A DNA stretch of 64,000 nucleotides from Octopus sinensis (GCF_006345805.1 NC_043020.1:26102001-26166000), one strand, 5' to 3'. Positions 11,990-25,726 are shown, numbered from the stretch's first letter. Notes: generated by a model not told the origin, from the sequence alone. A program made the numbers and translations.

Positions 11990-14900
11990 GGTTCTAGTTG
12001 AGTTTTTTGTGAAATGCTCGGTTTATAATGCCTGTTAGGTGGTCAATCTAGCGTAGCGTGACGTCATCAATGTTTTGACCAATCGTTTCGTTAGGTGGCT
12101 TTAAACAAGTAGAACGTGACGTCATCATTATTTTGACCAATCGCTGCATTATAACTCCCTCTTGTTTGTTCCTGTTTTTGACCAGTCGCTTTCGTTAGTC
12201 CAGTAGAACGGGACGTCATCAGTATTTTGACCATCGCTGCTGCTGCATTATATCTGCCTCTTGTTTGTTTCCCTGTTTTGACCAGTCGCTTCGTTAGTCA
12301 AGCAGAGCGGGACGTCATCCAGATCTGCCCAATCACGACTTATAGCTACATTAGATCTGCCCCCTGTCTGTACTTGTTAGGTGACTATTCAAGCAGAAAA
12401 AGGACGTCATCAATATTCTGACTAATGACTGTCCCCTGTTTGTATCCTGTCCATTCTAGCAGAGCTAGACGTCATCAACTTGTTGACCAATCAGAATCGG
12501 GTCTGACCCTTAGCTGTATCGTATGTATCAGGGTCAGATTTGCACGAAAGAATTTTTTTTCCTTTTTTACTAAGGCATATTCCGTCAGAGTGAGTGTCTG
12601 TTTGAAGCAGCGGCCGTGGTGGAACCCGCTTCTCCCTTTCGAGACTTATCTTTTTTTGTTTAGTATTCCTGGCCCAGGGTTTTTAAACTTGGTCTAAATT
12701 TTTTTATGAAATAATAGTTCTTTATTTTGGCGTTGTGTGAAGGTTGCGTTGTCACTGAATTTATAGAGCGGGTTAGTTGTAAATTTCGGATTTACATTTC
12801 CAGCACATCTATCTATGTGTCCGCTGACCGGTATTTTGCGGTAATCAGGGTTTCTAATTTGTGATTTAATGCCCGCCATCCTGTTCGTAAGCTATTTTTG
12901 TATGGCCTATATACTGCCTATTGCAGCCTGCCTGCGCATGTTATGACGTAAATTAAGTTTTCTGATGCGCAGGTGAAGTTTGTTTCTAATGGTGAACTGT
13001 GGCCTTGTTCCAGTATAAATTCTGATCCTTCTTTCAAGATGACACAGATCCGCCGTTGGGCTTCCACATTTTCTAACTGCTGGTTTTGTGTGTTGATGTT
13101 AAGTGCAGTGTAGCTTGGGTTAAAATCCTTTTCAAGGATTTTGGTTTGCCGTTTACTTTTAATGATGGTGTGTGTTTCGAGGATCCGGTTCATCTTTTGG
13201 TCTCCTTTAGTAGGGCTGTGCTTTGTAGTATGGTGTTGAAGGCCTCATTGTTGAGTGGGTTGTGTGTAGAGATGTAGGGAAGGGTTTTTATTGTTCTTCT
13301 TTTTTGGTTTTGTTTGTCTCTCAGGTCTTCTATACTTAATTTAAGTACCCGTTGGATTGCACTGTCTATTAGGGGCTGTGGATAGTTTCTATTTGTGATG
13401 TGGTTTTAATTTCCTGGAGACGTGTGTGTCGGGTGTTTGTGTCTGATATTATGGTGCAAATCCTTCTAGCTAAACAAAAAGGGACATTCATTCTAGTGTC
13501 GTGGGTGGCATGAATCAAAGGGTAGGTACTGTTAGAGTCTGTCGGTTTATAGTAGATATCTGTCTCTATTTGTTGCCGGTTTTCTTAATGAGATGTCGAA
13601 AAATGGTAATTCTTTTTCGTTGTGGTCCATCGTGAATTGTATATTGTCATTTATTCCATTTAATAGAATTTTAAATTCCTCAAGTTTCTTCTCTATGCCT
13701 TTGTCCCAGATGATGAAACAGTCATCGAGGTATCTTTTCCAGTTGTTATGGATATAGGTGGCGAAGGTGTTTCCATATTTCTCGAGTGTCATCCCGGTAT
13801 AGTATTTTCTCGAGGTATCCCATCACTAGGTTGGCAAAAGATGGTGCAGTACGCGTGCCCATCGCTGTTCCCGATCTTTGCCTGTAGAAATCATTGTCAA
13901 AAATAAATAATTGTTCTCTAAAATGAATCTAGTCCTTCTATTATAAGGTCTTTGTTTATGCGAGTTGGGAGTTCAAAGGGGTAGTTATTCAGCCAGAAGG
14001 TGATCGCTTCTATCCTAGGTTGTGAGGGATGTTAGAATAAAGATTAACTACGACGTCGTCAATGATACTAGAAGGGTTTTCTCATTGACTGTTTTAGGGA
14101 GGTGGTTGAGCATACTATATCGTCTCTTACGTAGCTTTTGATGTGTTTTAGGAAAGGTTTTAAGAAGTGTGTCTAAGAAATTGCTGAGGCGGTGAGTTTC
14201 ACATGCTGGCCCTGCTATTATCGGTCTTAGTTTAAGATCATTTGGTGAAGGGATTTTTGATGATGTGTCGGTGGATGTTTTGCACGTTTCTCTAATGGTT
14301 TGGCTTTTGTGTACCTTAGGAGATACCATAGAACAAACTCGATTTGCATTTGAAGTTAGTGATGTATTCATACTCCTTGTTCGTGAGTCCTTCTTGGTAT
14401 GTGTTGATTAATGTCCTAAGGTTATGCATTATTTTTTGCTGGTATACTGTTGGGCCCTTCATAATACGTTTAATCTCTTAATAGGGATAGCACTAAATTT
14501 TATATATGTTTGTATTCATTATTACTATCGCGTTTGCCCTTATCTGCCTCCTTAATTGTTATTGTTTTGTCTTCTCTAGTTTGATGAGGTCGTTCCATTC
14601 TCTTTTGTTGAAGTTAGGGCTGTGTTTTTGTTTTTCTTCTTGATGAATTGAAACGGGAAATTAGTTATGTAGTCACAATAGCGGTCTAAGGCTTTATTTC
14701 TTCTTCCCTTTTGTTGGGGGTTACTTGCTCTTGTTTCTAGCTATTGAGTCCTCCTCTATTTGTTTGTCTTGAAATGCCTCGGTGAGTCTTAGTTTTCTGC
14801 AAATTCCGAAATATCATCTTTCATTTCATATAATTAGAACGTGTGGGGTGGGTGTAAATTTAAGTCCTTTGGAGAGTATGCTTATTTCGTTAGGTGTAAG

Positions 14901-15740
14901 TTCTTTTTTTGAGAGATTGATTATCTAATTACCTGAGGTTTTCTTTGTTTGTCCTTTGCCATCGTGTGTCCCTTTCCTGTGTGTGGGGTCTAAAAAAATG
15001 GTTGTGTAGTTATGTTCAAAGCTATTATTTATCTGTCTCATGTTGTTATAATTGTCAGAGTGAGTTTGTGGTGCTCTGTTCTGGAGTCTGTTGTTGAACC
15101 TAGTGTTACGTCTTAGTTCCTCAGGTATATTGTGTTGGTAGTTGTTTCCTCCGTAGTGCATTTGTTGTTTGTTATGGTTGTATGGTTGGTTCCTGGGGTG
15201 GAAGTTGGTAGTAGCGTTTTGGTTTGGTTATGTGGGTTGTATTTTATAGTATTGTATGTTGTGGCTCTTTTCGTGGAATGTGTGGTGGGACCCTATAAGT
15301 GTTTTGGGGTTGGTGTAGGTAGTGTGGGGTGCGTTTTAAATGCATTTTTCTGGTGTAGAGTGTGTTTGGATTTCTTGGTGGTTGTTCTGCTCTGTTGGTA
15401 TGTCTATTTTCGAACTGGTGTGGTGGGCCTCTGTAGGTGTTTTGGGGTTGGTGTAGGTAGTGTGGGGTGTGTTTTAGGTGTACTTTTCTGGTGTAGAGTG
15501 TGGTAGGATTTCTTGGTGGTTGTTCCGTTCTATTGGTATTTGGTTTTGATTTGCTTAATTTTATGAAGGGGTTGTTGGATATGTGTTCATTTTTGAAGTT
15601 GGTTTCATAATCTAGAAACCAGACGGCGCTCTTTTCCCATCGTTGGAGGGACTTAAGTTCCTCTTTTATATATATATACAGATTGTGTGGTTTAGCCGTG
15701 CATCCATTCACCGTCTCACAAAAAGTGTTCATGAACATTA
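11990..15740 (-). mobile_element. Penelope-like retroelement (Neptune-like), disrupted RT plus GIY-YIG ORF; boundaries approximate
   Basis: Minus-strand pieces: PKVHK...LRPIIAGP (14048-14371), GTAMGTRTAPSFANLVMGYLE (~13810-13880), WKRYLDDCFIIW (13547-13792), and FTCASENLIYVITC..QYIGHT..RMAGIKSQI (GIY-YIG, ~12700-12990). Several frameshifts and stops. Confidence 0.88.
12040..12500. promoter_or_regulatory. Array of CRE-like GACGTCATC and CCAAT motifs in the putative pseudo-LTR of the Penelope element
   Basis: Six GACGTCATC copies at ~12060, 12118, 12212, 12311, 12402 and 12468. The first two are full TGACGTCA. Each is followed by gaccaatc, gaccagtc or a similar variant. Confidence 0.5.
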
Positions 15741-16114
15741 ACTACGTTCTAAACTTCGTTTTAAATAAGCTTAAATGTGAAATGCAATCTAAGATACAAT
15801 CGAACTTTTCCATGCACCGAAATAAATTGGAGTCTTACAATTGCAACTCGGACGTATATCCGAGACACAATCGAAATATTTAAAGATATAAAAAAACATT
15901 ATAACTATCTAATAATTTTATGTATGAAACTAAAGAAGGCGGAGAACTAGAGAAACTATAGAACGGGGAATTTCGCTAATTCATAGTAAAATATGGATTG
16001 TGTCCTACTGTTTCCAACTGAGCACTTTTGACGTTGAAATAGTGATAAATATTTGAAAGGTACAAAGATAAATATTTGAAAGATAGATACAAAAAGAATC
16101 TCGATCAACCGATG

Positions 16115-16185
16115 CCCCCACCGCCATTTTGGCATTCCATTTATATAAAAGTGCATTACGAAGTGAGCTTCCTGCTTATTCGTTG
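16115..16185 (+). promoter_or_regulatory. Possible core promoter (YY1-like CCGCCATTTTG and TATAAAAG)
   Basis: Motifs at ~16121-16131 and 16144-16151 in a short non-repetitive island. No transcript evidence. Confidence 0.2.
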
Positions 16186-16291
16186 ATACTGCGTCGAAAC
16201 ACTTTCACATACACATATACATATATTTACATACACAGAAATCCATGCCATAAAACTTGTGTGTATATTGCATGTATGTATCTATGCATAC

Positions 16292-16343
<52 letters not shown>

Positions 16344-16345
16344 AT

Positions 16346-16376
<31 letters not shown>

Positions 16377-16610
16377 GGATGAGGGTTAGTAGATAGATAG
16401 ATATATCTTATACATATCTTATACATTATACATATATATATCATACATATATATATATTTACAGACAGGCGGACTAACGGAGTGAGAGAGAGGGATACAT
16501 AGATTGATTGATAGATAAATAACAGATAGATTTATAAATAATTTATATCAAAAAGTGGCAGTAATACACATTGCCCGAAGAGAAATACATTTATACATAA
16601 TGTGTATATA

Positions 16611-16646
<36 letters not shown>

Positions 16647-16797
16647 ACATATATATATATATATATATATAATATATATTATTATATATATATATGTATG
16701 TATGTATGTATGTATATGTATATTCGCATATATTGCCAGTATTTGTGTGTGTGTATATATATATATTCATATATATTGCCAATATATATATACATAC

Positions 16798-16876
<79 letters not shown>

Positions 16877-18010
16877 TATATATTATATATATATATAATA
16901 TATACATAATAAATAGTGCATACGTGTGTTGAGTGTGTGTGTATTTGTGTATACCTACAGACAGATACATATTCAGGCATGCATACGTAATGCAGTCTGC
17001 TGCCTCTTCCATGAGATGTCGATTCGATTCCGACTTCTTTTGAGGTAGGCGGACAGTATTCTTATAAGTCTATGTGCAAACTGTATATATTCTAAGACTC
17101 TAAGCTTTCTCTTCTACTGTTGACAGATTTGTTAGAATTATAAAACCTTATTCCCTTCGTGTTTCATTGCCAGCTGTTAGAGTTCCGTTGATTTGTCAGC
17201 AATGATATATTATTGATAGTTCACTGTTCCGCTTAAGTCTTATGAGCCACAGAGAGAGGGAGAGAGAGAGATGGAATAGGAATACAGTCTGTATTAGTTC
17301 TTCTGTTCAATTATTCTCTATCTTTCACTAAACACCACTAACTCATCGCGCGACCTCATATCTCACAAACTCCATGTATTCTTTCTCCCCCATTCTCTTC
17401 CTATGCTTTTCCATTCTCTGCCGCTCTTCCCTCCACCTAATTATTTTCTCTTCCCGTTGTCATTCTCTCTATGCGTTTATGTGTGTGTCTATGTTTGTGT
17501 GTGTGTGTTTGTGTTTGTGTTTGTACTTGTGTGAGTATGTCTACTTGTTATTTATCTATGTGTGCGTGTATGAATATGTCGCCGTTTGCTCTATGTGTGT
17601 GTGTTTTGTGCTGGTAATATCTTTTTCTTTTATATTTGTTTGCTACTTTCATTTCATTCTCAAATCTCTTTTTTTCTTTTCTTTTCAAATCAAGAGAGAT
17701 ACAGAGGGAGAGAGAGAGCGAGAATATTAGGGGAGGAGGAAGAGCAGGAGGAAGAAAGGGAAGTAGGAGGGGGAGACAGATCGGTGAAAGAGAGAGAGAG
17801 GGAGTGAGTGAGTGTTTCTTTCAATCCATCTACAAACGGAAATAAATTTGACATCCCCATATAGAGAATGTGATAAGTGCGTGTGTTTGAATAGTTATAC
17901 GTAATCACACACATACACATAACAGTATACGAGTATGTGTACGACTGTATACGTATATATAATATATATAATATAGTATATACACATATACACGTATATA
18001 TATATATCCT

Positions 18011-18080
<70 letters not shown>

Positions 18081-18444
18081 ATATATATATATCTGTGTAT
18101 GTGTGCGTGTATTTGTAAGACACTATAATACAATAATATAGATATATAGATATAATGAATACGTGTCAATATATATATATTTATTTATTTATATGTCATT
18201 ATGTGAATATATAGATATACTATATATATATATATACATATATTGCGCATGCGCACTCACTTACTTAGGAAAATGTAATATATCATACTAGGTATGTTGT
18301 GTGCAATTTATCTGAGAATACATTGGCACCCCGTCACATACTTTGCTACAAATGAAAACTAAATCTCACACATACACACATACAAGTATGCAAGCACACA
18401 CGTATATATACCCTTCAACTTATAGATATTTCTTCGTCCTCTAC

Positions 18445-18475
<31 letters not shown>

Positions 18476-18488
18476 TTATACATATATA

Positions 18489-18524
<36 letters not shown>

Positions 18525-18588
18525 TATAAATATAAATATATATATACACATGTATATATATATTATATATATATATAATATATATATT

Positions 18589-18637
<49 letters not shown>

Positions 18638-18795
18638 TAGTAGATATATTATATATATATATATATAGGGGTAGCGTGGAGTCTCTTACCATATATAAGA
18701 TTAATAATGTCTGTCACAGAATTCTTTCGATGAGAATTAAATATTCAACTTTACAAAGTTGTATTGAAGATAGAAATATTTTCCTTGCCACTCAA

Positions 18796-18830
<35 letters not shown>

Positions 18831-19242
18831 AAAATATTTGCAAGAATGATTATTCATACCGACTTGAGTTGACGCCTGTTTGTTCTTCTTCGTCACTTTC
18901 TCTCTTGACTCTGCGAATACCAAAATACAACCCTGGGTAAGCACAATATGGTAATTTCCACTCCTCAAAGAACTCCTGTTAATGTTCCTGCGAATATTTT
19001 TCTGTTTGTCAGAAATTTAAGATGCACAAAACACATCATACAACTGCGGTTGCGAACTAGAAGAATCTTTCATGTTGGAAAACCGGAAATATACCCGTAT
19101 TAATACTGGGTGTCTGTAATTGACCATTGTTTCTTCATTCTGCCACTATGTTCTTCAAATCAAAATTAGCTTTACAATAAACTCGCCGAGCTTCATCTAT
19201 ATACATATGTGTTTCTGTCTGTCTAATGTCTGTCTATTTGTT

Positions 19243-19342
19243 NNNNNNNNNNNNNNNNNNNNNNNNNNNNNNNNNNNNNNNNNNNNNNNNNNNNNNNNNN
19301 NNNNNNNNNNNNNNNNNNNNNNNNNNNNNNNNNNNNNNNNNN
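19243..19342. other. Assembly gap (100 N)
   Basis: Exactly 100 Ns between TA-rich flanks, typical of a scaffold join. Confidence 0.99.
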
Positions 19343-19392
<50 letters not shown>

Positions 19393-20774
19393 TGTGTGTG
19401 TGTGTATGTATATATATATATATATATATTATATATGTGTGTGTGGGTGTGGGTGTGTATGTATTGTGTGTTTATGTCAGTGTTTGTCCTATCATCGCTT
19501 GACAACCGATCGTTGTGTTTTTACATCTCCGTTACGCAGCGGTTCAGCAAAAGTGACCGATAGAATAAGCCAGGCTTACAAAGAATAAGTCCAGGGGAGC
19601 GATTTCTTCAACTAAAAGGCGGTGCTCCAGTATGGCCACCACAACCAAAATGACTGAAACAAGTTATTCACAAGAAACCTGGCTCTAACCTCACGAAGTT
19701 CGACATAGGGACGGACAATATTTCTAAATCCTCGCTTGTGTTTAACAAAGAGACACAATCACACTTTTCTTATTTACATTCTGTCTCGCAATAGGTCACA
19801 AGGAACGAGTTTCACAAGGAAATATCCTTGAACCTTTTTAAAGAAATTCATATTACGACTTGATTATGCTCTCTACCTCAAACAGAAGAGGAACATGGAT
19901 TTACCCTAATAAAGTCAAGAAGACATGGGACACAATCTTCCGGTATTCTTACTTGTGTTTAACAATGAGATACCCTTGCCACCTTTCTTATATATATTAG
20001 TATATATATATATATATATATAATATATATCTATAATATATATATGTATATACGAAAGAAGGTTTGAAAATGCAATTTTAAAAGATGTTCATTACTTTAC
20101 CGGTTTCACTCTTTGGAAAAAGATTGTAAAAGTAACATGGAGAAGTTTGGTTGCGTTAATTATTGGTTGTTACAAAATGCTACATTACATATATACAGTC
20201 ATTGGTAACAAGGACATGTTAAGGACATAAAAAAGTTTAACAAGTTCCTTAAAATATTGGACACAAAAGATTACAACATAAATATACATTCTCAAGAATA
20301 TGTTAAAGATAGTTTCCAGAAGGAATTATTAAAAAGTTCAGTGGGATATTGGTATTGTATCTGTATATTCAAACACGCACAGGATATTGGTTGACACAGA
20401 GTACTACAATACATATATATACATTCTTTGGTGACAAGAGCATGTTAAGAATATAAAAAAGTTTAACAAGTTCATTGAAATATTGGGCACAAAGGATTAC
20501 AGTAAATATATTATACATTCTCAAGATAATTCCCAGAAGGATTATTAAAAAGTTCAGTGGAATATTGGTATACCGCACCGCACAGAATATTTGAGTTCAA
20601 AAAGGTTTACAATTATAATAGTAGGGAAGCTAAAACTGACCTGTCCACCATGTTAACGTAAAAGAATATTATCAGGACGTTGTGTGAGGACGTTGAAGAG
20701 TGCATGCGTGTGTGCGCTCACCCACATGCGAGAGAGGGAGTGAGGGAGGGAAAGAGGAAGGAAAGTGTGTGCAA

Positions 20775-21010
20775 CACTTATTTCTTTATTGCCCACAAGG
20801 GGCCAAACATAGAGGGGACAAACAAGGCCAGACAAACGGGTTAAGTCGATTACATCGACCTCAGTGCGTAACTGGTACTTAATTTATCGACCCCGAAAAG
20901 ATGAAAGGCAAAGTCGACCTCGGCGGAATTTGAACTCAGAACGTCACGGCAGACGAAATACGGCTACATATTTCGCCCGGCGTGCTAACGGTTCTGCCAG
21001 CTCGCCGCAC
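20775..21010 (-). mobile_element. SINE family A
   Basis: Full head-to-tail match to the family-A pattern. An oppositely oriented copy follows at ~21120-21310. Confidence 0.85.
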
Positions 21011-21731
21011 CTCGTAGTATATTATGGTTGTATAACGAAATACAGTGTCCCTACCAGCAATTCATATATACATACCAGTGGCCAGGAATGGGTTTAATAT
21101 GTAAAACTTGGTTTAAGGGGAAGAGCTGGACTAAATACTTAGCGGCGTTTCGTCCGTCGTTACGTTCTGTGTTGAAATTCCGCCGAGGTCGACTTTGCCT
21201 TACATCTTTACGGTGTCGTTAAAATAAGTACCAGTAGAGTACTGGGGTTCGATGTAATCGACTTAGCTCTTACCCCGAAATTGCTGGCCTTGTGCCAGAA
21301 TTAGAAAGCAATATATACGTACAAGTTGTCATGAATATGCTTAATATGCAAGATTAGCCTATCCAATTATGGTGCACCGCTAAGATTAGTGACTCTTTAA
21401 GAAATGTGTTCATGCGTGGTTAATATATCAGTTGCAATACTGACGAAAGAGCAATAAATCTCGAAATATGTATATACATCCACTTCCCATTTTTCCATCT
21501 TCGAATGCATTGTCTACATAGACATATTCGTATGCGAAACGTTGTAACTTTCACTGCTAGCTCTAATTTCTATAGCAAATCTGTGGAGATGACTTGGGAA
21601 GGTATGCAATAAATTACCTGAATTTTCGGTCACAATTGGAGAAATAAGGATTCGTTGTTGGATATTGCTGCAAGTGAAATAAGGAGGAAGATCTTGCTGA
21701 TGGTACCCTAACTTGGACACCACGTAATAAT

Positions 21732-21866
21732 CAGTGGCATATGTAGAGGTTGAGAGCGAGTAGGGGAGGTCCGCCTTGAGCGACACTTTTATGGAGGCGA
21801 CACTTTGGGGGAGCGGAGAGCCAACTCAGGGTCGTCTCCGAGTGACACACACCAGCTACGCCATTA
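21732..21866. mobile_element. Small MITE with CAGTGGC...GCCA(C/T)T-type terminal inverted repeats
   Basis: Left end cagtggcatatgt, right end agctacgccatta, GC-rich core. No clear target-site duplication. Confidence 0.5.
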
Positions 21867-22029
21867 GTATTCGTACTGGTCGTTCTAGGAAGACGTAAAT
21901 CGATCAGTTGACAGACAACGTTCGATGTCGCCGTGAAGAGCTATCACATGACATAGAAGAGAAATGGGATTGGTGGATCAAGGTCACGTGAATCGGAGCA
22001 AAATTAATCGGATGACCAAGATGGATGGT

Positions 22030-22760
22030 GGTGCTGCTGCTGATGGGGCTGTGCTTTTGGTGTTAGTGGTAGTGTAATGTTAGTGTTGGGGAGGTAGCAC
22101 CTTGTGGTTAGTGGTGGTATTGGTGTTTGGGAGGTAGTAGTTAGTGCTAGTGAAGATACTGGTGTATAGGATGTAGTACTTAGGATTTATAATAGTACTT
22201 AGTGTTTGTGTGATGGTGTTAGTGTTTGGGAGATAGTAGCTTGAGATTAGTTGTGGTATTGGTGTATAGGATGTAGTATCTTGGTTAGTGGTGGTATTAA
22301 GTGTATGGGATGTAGTACTCTGTGTTAGTTGCGGTGCCTGTGTATGGGAGGTAGTACCTTGTGGTTAGTGGTGGTATTGGTGTTTGAGAGGTAGTAGTTA
22401 GTGCTAGTGAAGATACTGGTGTTTGGGATATAGTGCTTAGGATTTGGTGTTAGTGTTTGGGAGATAGTAGCTTGTGATTAGTTATGGTATTGGTGTATGG
22501 GAGGTAGTATCGTTTGGTTAGTGGTGGTATTAAGTGTATGGGATGTAGTACTCAGTGTTAGTTGCGGTGCCTGTGTATGGGAAGTAGTACCTTGTGGGTA
22601 GTGGTGGTATTGGTTGTAGTATTAGAGTATAGGGGTAGTGCCTTGTAATCAGTGGTATTAAATATATGGGAGGTAGTACCTTGTGTATGGGAGATAGTAG
22701 CCCGTGGTTAGAGGGGGGTTATTGGTGTATAGGAGGTAGTACTTAGTGATGGTATATGGC
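22030..22760. repeat. Degenerate G/T-rich minisatellite
   Basis: Recurring gtagtaccttgtggttagtggtggtattggtgt(a/t)tggga units. Confidence 0.85.
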
Positions 22761-22794
22761 ATATGATATTGGTGGTGGTGTGGTGCTGCTGTTA

Positions 22795-23092
22795 ATCCAC
22801 TTCCTCCTCCTCCTCCTTATCATCATTATCATCATTATCATCATCAGCTTCATCATCATCATCAGCAGCAGCAACAGCAGCATTTCTACCATCACCTACA
22901 ATAACACCAATATCACCATCTTCATCATCGTCATCACCGTCGTCATCGTTGTCATCGTCATCATCAACATCATCATCATCATCATCATCATCGTCGTCGT
23001 CGTCGTCATCATCATCATCATTATCATCGTCATCGTCGTCGTCATCATCACCATCGTCATCATCATCGTCGTGATCGTCATCATTACCATCG

Positions 23093-23131
<39 letters not shown>

Positions 23132-23250
23132 CCATCGTCATCAATATCTTCATCACAAGTTATAAGCAATCCTAATAACCTTAATTAGTAGTAGTAGTAG
23201 TAGTAGCAGCAGCAGTAGTAGTAGTAGTGGTGGTGGTGGTGGTGGTGAGG
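22795..23250. repeat. Compound trinucleotide microsatellites (CAT/CGT, then TAG/TGG)
   Basis: Direct inspection. These explain the poly-I, poly-D and poly-M ORFs. Confidence 0.9.
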
Positions 23251-23959
23251 TGACAGAAGCCGTAGTAAACAGCAAAAAAAAGAACAGTTGAAATAGTAAC
23301 ACACACACACACAGACGTACAAGGGAGAATCATAACGCAAGCATACACACATATAGCTGTATCTCGTTGGAGACAGGTGCGCACATCTAGACACACGGAC
23401 GATTTCACACACACACACAAATAATTACACACGCACACAGACACATGCATATTTATATATATGTGAGTGTGTGTAAGTTTGTATGCGTCTGTATGTATGT
23501 ATAACGTAGCCTCAAATATACACAAACCGAAAGACACTCGCACACACTTATATGAGAGAGGGGAAGAGAGAGAGAGAGAGGGTTAGAAAGAAGAAAGGAG
23601 AGAAAGAGAGAGAGAGAGAGAGTGAAAGAGAGAGAGAAATGTACATACATACACTGACGAACTCACGCAGGTATGAATGAACACAGGTAAGAACACATAT
23701 ATATTTATACACACACGTATATACACACGCAGGTACGGACGTACTTCCATGCATAGTTACACAGAGGTAAACACAAACATGAGCACATACATTCTCACAC
23801 ACTGGTAAATACACACACACACACACATATATAGGGAGATAAATATATGTATACGCAATCACAGACACATTCACGCATTGCCACACAAAGGTAAACATAC
23901 ATATACATACACAGGTATACATATATACATACATATAAACATACATATATACATATAAT

Positions 23960-24013
<54 letters not shown>

Positions 24014-24589
24014 ACATACACGTACTTACAGGTAAATACACGCTTTGATACACAGGTAAACATACACTATTAGGTAAAGACACACACAGAGGTTTGGATA
24101 TATACATACATATATATTTACATACAGGTACAGAAAAATAAACAAATACACACACACATATATATTTATATATATGAACACACACGTACACATAGGTAAA
24201 TACACGCTTTGACACACAGGTAAACATACACTATTAGGTAAAGACACACACAAACAGAAGTATGGATATATACATATATATATATTTACATACAGGTACA
24301 GAAAAATAAACAAATACACACACACGCACATACATACATGTAGAGGTAAATACATACATACAGATAACTGTTAACACACACACACGCATATATATATATA
24401 TATACAGAAAATAAACACACATACACACAGAGGCGGGCACACGTCGCAAGACGGTGGCAGTCAAGCTGTCAGTTGAGTCCGTAAGGTGGCGACAGCTTCG
24501 CTTACAAGAACAACGAAAGCAACAACAACAATTACAACAATAAAGGTTCTTTTTTTTGTTTGTTATTTTTTGCTTTTTTTTTTTTTTAG

Positions 24590-25684
24590 CCACCGACGAC
24601 AGCGACCTCTGGTGTGATGACAACGACGACGACGAAAAGTGTGGCGGCGATGAAGAGGCAGCCGACGATGACAACGATGATGATGATGATGACAAAAATA
24701 CCAACAACAACAACAACAGCAGCAGCAGCGGTAATAACACCATCAGCAGCAGAAGCAGCAGCAGCGGAAGAAGCAGCAGCAGCAGCTGGTTGTATGACGA
24801 CGACGACGATGACGACGGCGATGACAATGATGACAGCAGGAACGGTAACAACGGTAGCAGCGCCACCGCCGCCGTCGCAGTCGCCGCCACCATCAGCAGC
24901 ATCATCATCATCAGCAGCAGCAATCGCAGCAGCAGCAGCAACAACAACAACAGCAGCGTTATCTTCGATGGAAATGTCGAAAATAATGCTGATGGTGAAT
25001 TCGACACAACAGCAACAACAACAACAACAACATCAACAGCAGCAGCAATTACTGCCAACAGCAGCAGCAGCAGCAACAACAGCTGTAGCAGCCACTGCCG
25101 CCGTCACGGCGACCGCCACGACCACCACAACGACGGCCACGACAACAATATTACCAGCAGCAGCAGCAGCAGCAACAACCTCAGCAGCAGCAATGGTTGT
25201 TGTTGTCAAGAAAGACGACAACAACGCCAACAACAACAACAACACCACAACAACAACAATAAACACAACACCAATTAGTAATAATACTAATAATAATAAT
25301 ACTAACAACAGCAACAACAACAGGTCGGCCAATACGGCGACGACGACCTGTGCCTCCCCAGTTGCCGTTAACTTTTATAACGGTAATGTTAATAGTAACA
25401 GTAGTAGTAGTAGTAATTCTAGTAGTATTAGTAGTAGTAGTAATAGTAATAGCTGTAGTAGTAATAATAATAATAATAGTACAAATAATATTCTTAATAA
25501 CAACGGTTGTTTTAATAGCAACAACAACAATAATAATAATAATACTAAGCAGAACAACAACAACGACGCTTTACGGAAGGAGTCCAAGTTGGAACGTGTG
25601 GTTGGTATCTCTACTTTACAAAACGGGGAGCAAGGATTGACTAACGGAGATAATATACTAAACGACCACCAACAAGGAGAAGAG
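24590..25684 (+). CDS. Candidate coding exon (365 codons, phase 0-0), low-complexity poly-T/A/Q/N protein segment, gene unidentified; copy 1
   Basis: Strong acceptor tttttttttag| at 24589 and donor gag|gtaagt at 25685. Length 1095 is a multiple of 3 and open throughout (PPTTATSGVMTTT...DALRKESKLERVVGISTLQNGEQGLTNGDNILNDHQQGEE). Indels versus copy 2 preserve the frame. Confidence 0.62.
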
Positions 25685-25695
25685 GTAAGTTATAA

Positions 25696-25726
<31 letters not shown>

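Noticed and set aside
16990-17050. Possible first coding exon MQSAASSMRCRFDSDFF with donor gag|gtaggc; tgaggtag resemblance to let-7
   Set aside because: An in-frame TGA occurs before the donor. The let-7 match stops after 8 nt with no hairpin, and the site lies across the gap from the exon.
23640-24400. ~170-bp direct repeats upstream of the exon
   Set aside because: Low-complexity CA/TA-rich local duplications with no further structure.
24234-25332. Long antisense poly-Leu/Val/Ala ORFs over the exon
   Set aside because: They mirror the CAG/CAA/AAC repeats. Splice signals support the plus strand only.
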